DNA of 15,157 nucleotides from Zygophlyctis sp. KS116 (taxonomy: Eukaryota; Fungi; Chytridiomycota), in contig BAAFSQ010000240.1 of NCBI GenBank assembly GCA_054661495.1, positions 1 to 15,157 on the forward strand. The letters run 5' to 3'. The notes below the pieces were generated by a model. It did not search any database. It was not told the origin of the DNA and worked only from the letters and a program-made list of their open reading frames with translations. Made by a program: the position numbers and the translations under genes. Below, piece by piece: positions 9,889 to 15,157 of this stretch. Within the stretch, counting starts at the first letter, position 1, and every line of letters starts with the position of its first letter.

Positions 9889-11745
9889 ATGCAATCCATT
9901 ATACTGGGATCAGATCTGTTAAAAATTGAAGGTAGTAGAGTTTTGGTTGTTGGGGCCGGAGGAATTGGTTGTGAACTGTTAAAGAATTTGGTTCTATCCG
10001 GTTTTAAAACTATTCATGTCGTTGATCTAGATACAATCGATCTGTCAAATCTTAATCGGCAATTTCTTTTCTCTAAACGGCATATTAAAAAAAGTAAAGC
10101 TATTGTAAGATTTTTCAATTTCATGGCAAGATTGCAAAAGATTCAGCATTGCAATTTAATCCAAATGTGGATATAACGGCTTATCATGCATCTATTTTTG
10201 ATTCGCAATTTTCTTTAGATTGGTTCAAATCATTTGATCTAGTTATGAATGCTTTGGATAATGTTGCGGCTAGAAGGCATGTAAATGCAATGTGTCTTGC
10301 TGCTTCTATTCCACTGATTGAATCTGGTACAGCAGGTTATTTAGGACAAGTATCAGTTCACTTTCCCTTAAAAACTAAATGTTATGATTGTGATCCAAAG
10401 CCCTCAGTTCGAAAAACGTTTCCTGTTTGTACGATTAGATCAACTCCATCAGAGTCTATACATTGTATTGTATGGGCAAAAAGTTACTTGTTTTCTCATT
10501 TATTTGGGAAAGATGATGATTCTAATGATATTGATGAACAGGGAGATAATGGTAAATTTTGAAATTTGAGATTTTAGAAGAGGAAATTAGAGAGCTTAAA
10601 AAGGAGGCGATGGCTTTAAAGGCTCTTAAAGATAACATAGGGAAAAAAGAACATTATAAAGTGGTTTTTGAAAAGGTAGAATATAGATTATAAAAATTAG
10701 GTTTATAAGAATGATATCTCTCGTTTACTTAAAATGGAAGATTTATGGAAAAATAGGACAAAGCCAACTCCTTTAGAAATTACAGAACTTGAAAAGATAT
10801 GTGAAAAGTATAACGGGTCTTTATTGGACTGGGATCAAAAACCTTGGTCCATTCATGAAACGTTTCGAGTTTTTAAAGAAAGTTTGTCAAAGTTATCAGA
10901 TTCTCTTTTAAAACAAAGGGGAATTGATCCAGAAGCTGTATTAGAGTTTGATAAAGATGATGAAGATGCCTTAAGTTTTGTAACTGCTGCTGCCAACTTG
11001 AGGGCTCATATATTTGGAATTAAGCCCGAAAGTAGATTTAAAGTAAAGGAAATGGCTGGTAATTATTTAAGACAATAATAATAGGTAATATTATTCCGGC
11101 TATTGCTACCACAAATGCAATCATTGCCGGGATGATTGTGATGCTGGCATTCAAAGTTTTAGGCGGCAAAATGGAGAAATGTAAGAATACTTATTTGTCG
11201 TATGGTGGCGATCGAAAACAATTGCTTACCAATGAGCAACTTGAATCTCCAAGTTCAGCTTGTCATGTTTGCTCTAATACATATCTTCAGCTAGAGATAA
11301 ATATACAGAAAACTACTCTTGGATACCTTTTAAAAGAGATAATTCAGAACAAGCTTGGTATACTCGGCGATATTATGTTTGAAGAGGGATCAAGGTAGAG
11401 GAACTTTCCGCTTATATTAGGCTATTGTACGATGTGGAGTTTGACGATAATGTCGATGTTTGTCTTGCTGATTTAGGCATAATAGACGGATCCCGTATGA
11501 TGGTTACAAACGAATACGATGAAGATCCATTGAAAGAGCACTGTCTGATTTTAATACTCAAACAAAGTGAGTTGGAAGAATTCAAGATACATGGATCCAT
11601 AAAATTAATGACACGCCCGAAAATAATTACTCAAGATGGTTCGAATGAATCTAGCAGTAAACGAAAAAGAATGGACGAGGAAATCTTTGAAGAAAATAAG
11701 AAGTTGAAGGAAATACTTGTAGATGATGATACAATTATTCTATAA
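9889..11745 (+). CDS. UBA2: SUMO-activating enzyme E1 subunit 2 (Uba2/SAE2), about 575 aa, 5 introns
   Basis: Exons 9889-10104, 10131-10551, 10578-10675, 10701-11058, 11085-11394, 11421-11745. [25 protein letters not shown], catalytic [10 protein letters not shown], Zn ligands CYDC/CHVC, FDKDD, spliced [14 protein letters not shown] and C-terminal KRKR. Confidence 0.95.
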
Positions 11746-11752
11746 TAAAATC

Positions 11753-13801
11753 CTAAGCTTCCAAAATCTGATGAAGGAATTCATTCTCTTTGTCTGTTCT
11801 TAAGGCCGTCATTAGGTCATCCTCGATTACAATCAGTCGCATTTTTTGATTTGGGTCGCCCATTTTATTTGTTTCACAATGGATCAAATGCGATGAGCTC
11901 ATGAAACAAGCAACCGAGACTAATTCACGATTTGTAGGAGTAAATATCCCTTTTAATTGGCATATACGATGATGTTCATGGCAAACATCACTAAATTCAA
12001 CTTCTGGTTTTCCATTTATCCTAGATGCCCTAAATATAGAAACCAAGAATATTCTTTGATGTAGACTTGCTTTTCTGACCGATTGCACCCCCGGTCCCGA
12101 GTACATTTCAGTGATTACTCTTTGAATCAGATCCAGTGATATGGTTTCCTTTTTTAAAGTTAGACTTGACTCTTCCAAAAGTTCTATAGCTCTTCTACAG
12201 ATAGCAAGCGCCCTTCTTGCATCCCCTGAAACCGAAGCCACTTTCCTAGCGCAAAATTGAATTGCGTCAGGACTAAAAACATCAAAGGACTCTAATCGAG
12301 ACTTTACAATTTCTACTAATTGCTGATATGAGTAAGGCTGAAATGTGATTCTCTTCATTTCTAGACGACTCGCTACTTTATTTGAAAGAGTACGTTCCGG
12401 AAGATCCATTGTATTTGCGATTGCCAAAACAATTAAGCGAGAATTCGGCTTATTTGGCCAATCAAAAAAATTATAAATAACCTTTTGATTCTTTGTCAAT
12501 AGTAGATCAAGCTCATCCATAATCACGATACTATGATTAAATTTAAAGAAATACCAAGGTGCATCATTTGTGGTAGATTTAGAAAATCTCTCTGTGAGTA
12601 ATTCAAGAGCATGACTAGAAGAAACCTTTTTACCAGAAAGACCCGCCCAAAGCTCCTGATATGCCTGTGTAGGCTCTGTTAATTTCATACCATTAATTTC
12701 TATAACTTCACAATGAGGAAATTTCTAAATTTTAGACAAGAACATCAAACCTTGTGCATCATTTGTCTCTGGATAGCATTAATTACTGAAAGAACCGTGG
12801 CAGTCTTACCAGTACCAGGAACTCCCGAAATATAAATACAAGCACCCGATTTAGCTTTAATCAGTCCCTCCACAAACAAGTAAATTTCATCAAATTCCCT
12901 TTCTCTACAAGGTAACGAATCAGGAGTATGAGATAGATACAATTTATCCCTAGCCTTTTGGTATATAGTAGCATTTGGAGGAATTGTCCTTTGTATATCA
13001 TTCACGGTGAATTTTTTTGAACTAATTCTTTTAAAACGTGAATAATTACTTTCTTAAAACCGGTCTTGCAGCAGCTCTGACACTATCCAATCCTGAAAAT
13101 TTCTCAACCTTTCTTTTCTTGACTGGTCCTTTTCTATTTCTATAATATATATCATTTTTTGAATTTCTTGATATTTTTAAATCTTCATCACTGAAATCTG
13201 AATCCATTGATTCCTCTGATTCCTCGGACTCGACAACATCAAGTTCTAAATCATCCTTTTCTTCCTGCTCTGCTTCAACGACATCAAAATCACTGGCTCC
13301 AGAATCTACACCTTCCTCTTCACTAGAGTTTATGAGCGTTTCATCTTCAACTTTAGCCATTCTTTGAACATTCTTTTTTGGGGAAGAGTCTGTAAACAAA
13401 TCTTGACCTTGTTTAACAATATCCCAGTCGACTGTGAATATATTCCCCCTTTCAATATCTAGCGCCCGATAGCAAAAATAACCGATTGATTTCTCATTGA
13501 AAACTTGTACTTTTTCTACAATTTCCTGTAGCGATACAGTCCTTGAGCCCCCTGTATTATACAATAATTCCATATTGTCTAATTTAGCATTGACTTTCCT
13601 TTTCCTAAATTCCATTCTTTCTAATAATTCTTGAGTCGTAAATCCATGAATATTAACAGAAACATCTTCTTTTGAAACTAAAACTTGAGAAATTATTCCT
13701 ATTTCATTGTCTTTCAGGAGAACAGCATCGCCATTTTGATAAACTATTCCATCTGCCTCGGTTTGTTGCACTGATCTAATTTGCGATCTCGTCTGACGCA
13801 T
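11753..13801 (-). CDS. ORC1: Origin recognition complex subunit 1 (BAH + AAA+ + winged helix), about 656 aa, 3 introns
   Basis: Exons 13801-13050, 13021-12751, 13-end pair 12724-12555 and 12530-11753. N-terminal BAH-like region and acidic linker, LPCREREF, Walker A GVPGTGKT, EINGMKLTEP, Walker B IMDELD, ANTMDLPER and VSGDARRAL. Confidence 0.93.
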
Positions 13802-13820
13802 TTAAAATTTTAGGGAAAAG

Positions 13821-15004
13821 TCAAGGAGGAACTTTATAAGAAATTATATCTACAGATTTCAACAACTCATTCACATTAACTTTTGAGACAGTCTTTGATT
13901 CCTAATAATTAAAATACGATAAACATACTTGTTTCTGATCAAATTCATCTTCTCTTTCAACATATTCTACATTATCATCTGTTTCTGTAAAACTTGGTGC
14001 AAAAGCTGAAAAATTTTGTACATAATTTACAGACCATAAAAAAACATTTCCTAGAGATGAAAGAGATGCAATTAATGGACGTTTAGGATGCCATTTAACA
14101 TCTGATAATCCTTCTTTAGGCCCTTCAAGTTTCTTTAATAGTGTTCCTTTTCCTTTTTCCCATATATATCTAAATTTTTAATGAAATTAAATTACATGTT
14201 ATGTGAATTATTTGCAGAACTTCCTGAAATTATATAATCAAATTCATTTGAAAATCCTATATCAATCCATCGTATTTTTTCTACAGATTCTACAAATTTC
14301 GTTTTATAAGTTGGAGAATTATTTTCTTCAATTTCAAATAGTCTTACTATTCCATCACTTGAATTTACTATTAATTCATTATTATTTGAAAATGTAAATC
14401 CAGTAATACTCCTAGAAGCCACTTTAACTCTATTAAGTAATTTAAATTCTGAATCTAAAATTATAAATTCTCCTTTTGTTGTAGAAATATAAATTTTAGA
14501 TCCAGATAAATCGTATTTTATACAACATGGAAGATCTGTACTAGACATTTCTGAATACTCTAATTTTCCTTTACAGACTTGTTTGTCTAGAGAATTAATA
14601 GTTATTGACCATGCAAATTCACCGATTGCAAGAAATTTAAAAGGATTAGTAGGATGTAAACAGGCAGAGAGCATTGGTCCATCAAAAGGGATTTTATAAA
14701 ACATTGATTGAGTTTCCAAGTCCCATAGAATTAAATTCCAATCGTGAGAGCTAGATAATAAATATTTTGAATCATCTGAAAAAGATAAACAAGACACAGA
14801 AGATGCATGTCCTATCAATTTGTAAGAAATCATTAGAGTCTCCATATCCCAAATTACTATAGCGCCAACAATAGTTCCGGCAGCAAGAATGTTACCTTGG
14901 GAATCAAATCTTATGCAGCAGGGAAGTAAAGAGCAATTTAGAGAATTTAATAATAGCGTCGGTAGAGAATATGCTTGAGAGAAATCTTGAAGAATTAAAT
15001 TCAT
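13821..15004 (-). CDS. SWD1: COMPASS/Set1 complex WD40 subunit Swd1/RBBP5, about 376 aa, 2 introns
   Basis: Exons 15004-14196, 14169-13929, 13901-13821. MNL…D start, WD40 repeats, IYIWE…GTLLKKLEGPKEGLSDVKWHP and the hallmark SAFAPSFTETDDNVEYVEREDEFD. Confidence 0.9.
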
Positions 15005-15083
15005 TTTAATAAAAAGCCTCGACACTCTCAGACTTGCTGCCGATCTACTTTTAAACTCAATCATCCAATATAATGCATCTAAA

Positions 15084-15115
15084 TAAATACTTTATTCTAA
15101 ATACTTTATTCTAAA
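15084..15115. repeat. 14-bp tandem duplication (TAAATACTTTATTC) x2.3, giving two AATAAA signals on the - strand
   Basis: Units at 15084-15097 and 15098-15111. Confidence 0.85.
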
Positions 15116-15157
15116 GAAACCAATCCAAGTGTTTCATGATGAGTTCCTGGACAAGTT
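15111..15157 (-). CDS. Probable 3' end of a gene entering from the right edge (…LVQELIMKHLDWFL*), reminiscent of a RhoGAP-domain terminal helix
   Basis: Open frame ending in TAG at 15113-15111, immediately followed by duplicated AATAAA. The domain call is a weak resemblance only. Confidence 0.35.
   Translation of the reverse strand, partial: LVQELIMKHLDWFL

Noticed and set aside
11753-13801. CDC6 assignment
   Set aside because: The BAH-like N-terminus and EINGMKLTEP/ANTMDLPER motifs favour ORC1.
2334-14195. Pseudogenes, programmed frameshifts, sequencing indels or stop-codon reassignment as the cause of ORF fragmentation
   Set aside because: Each break coincides with an AT-rich GT-AG segment whose removal restores frame and conserved motifs under the standard code.
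221-14397. Short antisense or alternate-frame ORFs (e.g. 221-406, 609-797, 1618-1809, 1712-2044, 3790-3999, 4565-4891, 7974-8261, 9464-9748, 11412-11600, 14203-14397)
   Set aside because: They are shadows of well-supported genes, many with non-ATG starts and no recognisable motifs.
15005-15064. N-terminal extension of SWD1 in the ORF track
   Set aside because: Family members start MNL, matching ATG 15004.

Overview
AT-rich, extremely gene-dense eukaryotic DNA, most likely from an early-diverging (chytrid-like) fungus; the taxon is inferred from gene content only. The fragmented ORF track is explained by about 25-26 ultra-short GT-AG introns (24-30 nt), and removing them restores nine complete reading frames. 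These are a Crinkler-like header fused to a trypsin-like serine protease (-), RRS1 (-), an ADAM metalloprotease (+), an OCA6-like Siw14-family pseudophosphatase (+), VIP1/PPIP5K (+), a divergent CK1-group kinase (-), UBA2 (+), ORC1 (-) and SWD1/RBBP5 (-). Intergenic gaps are as short as 7 and 19 bp. The first 1.5 kb looks accessory. It holds a phased TTACA-N3-TGTAA palindrome cluster, the effector-like protease and an orphan bZIP leucine-zipper exon whose stop overlaps the RRS1 stop. The most notable points are the miniature-intron splicing system, the CRN-protease cassette beside a truncated bZIP, and the OCA6-VIP1 pair, in which both phosphatase domains have catalytic-residue substitutions.
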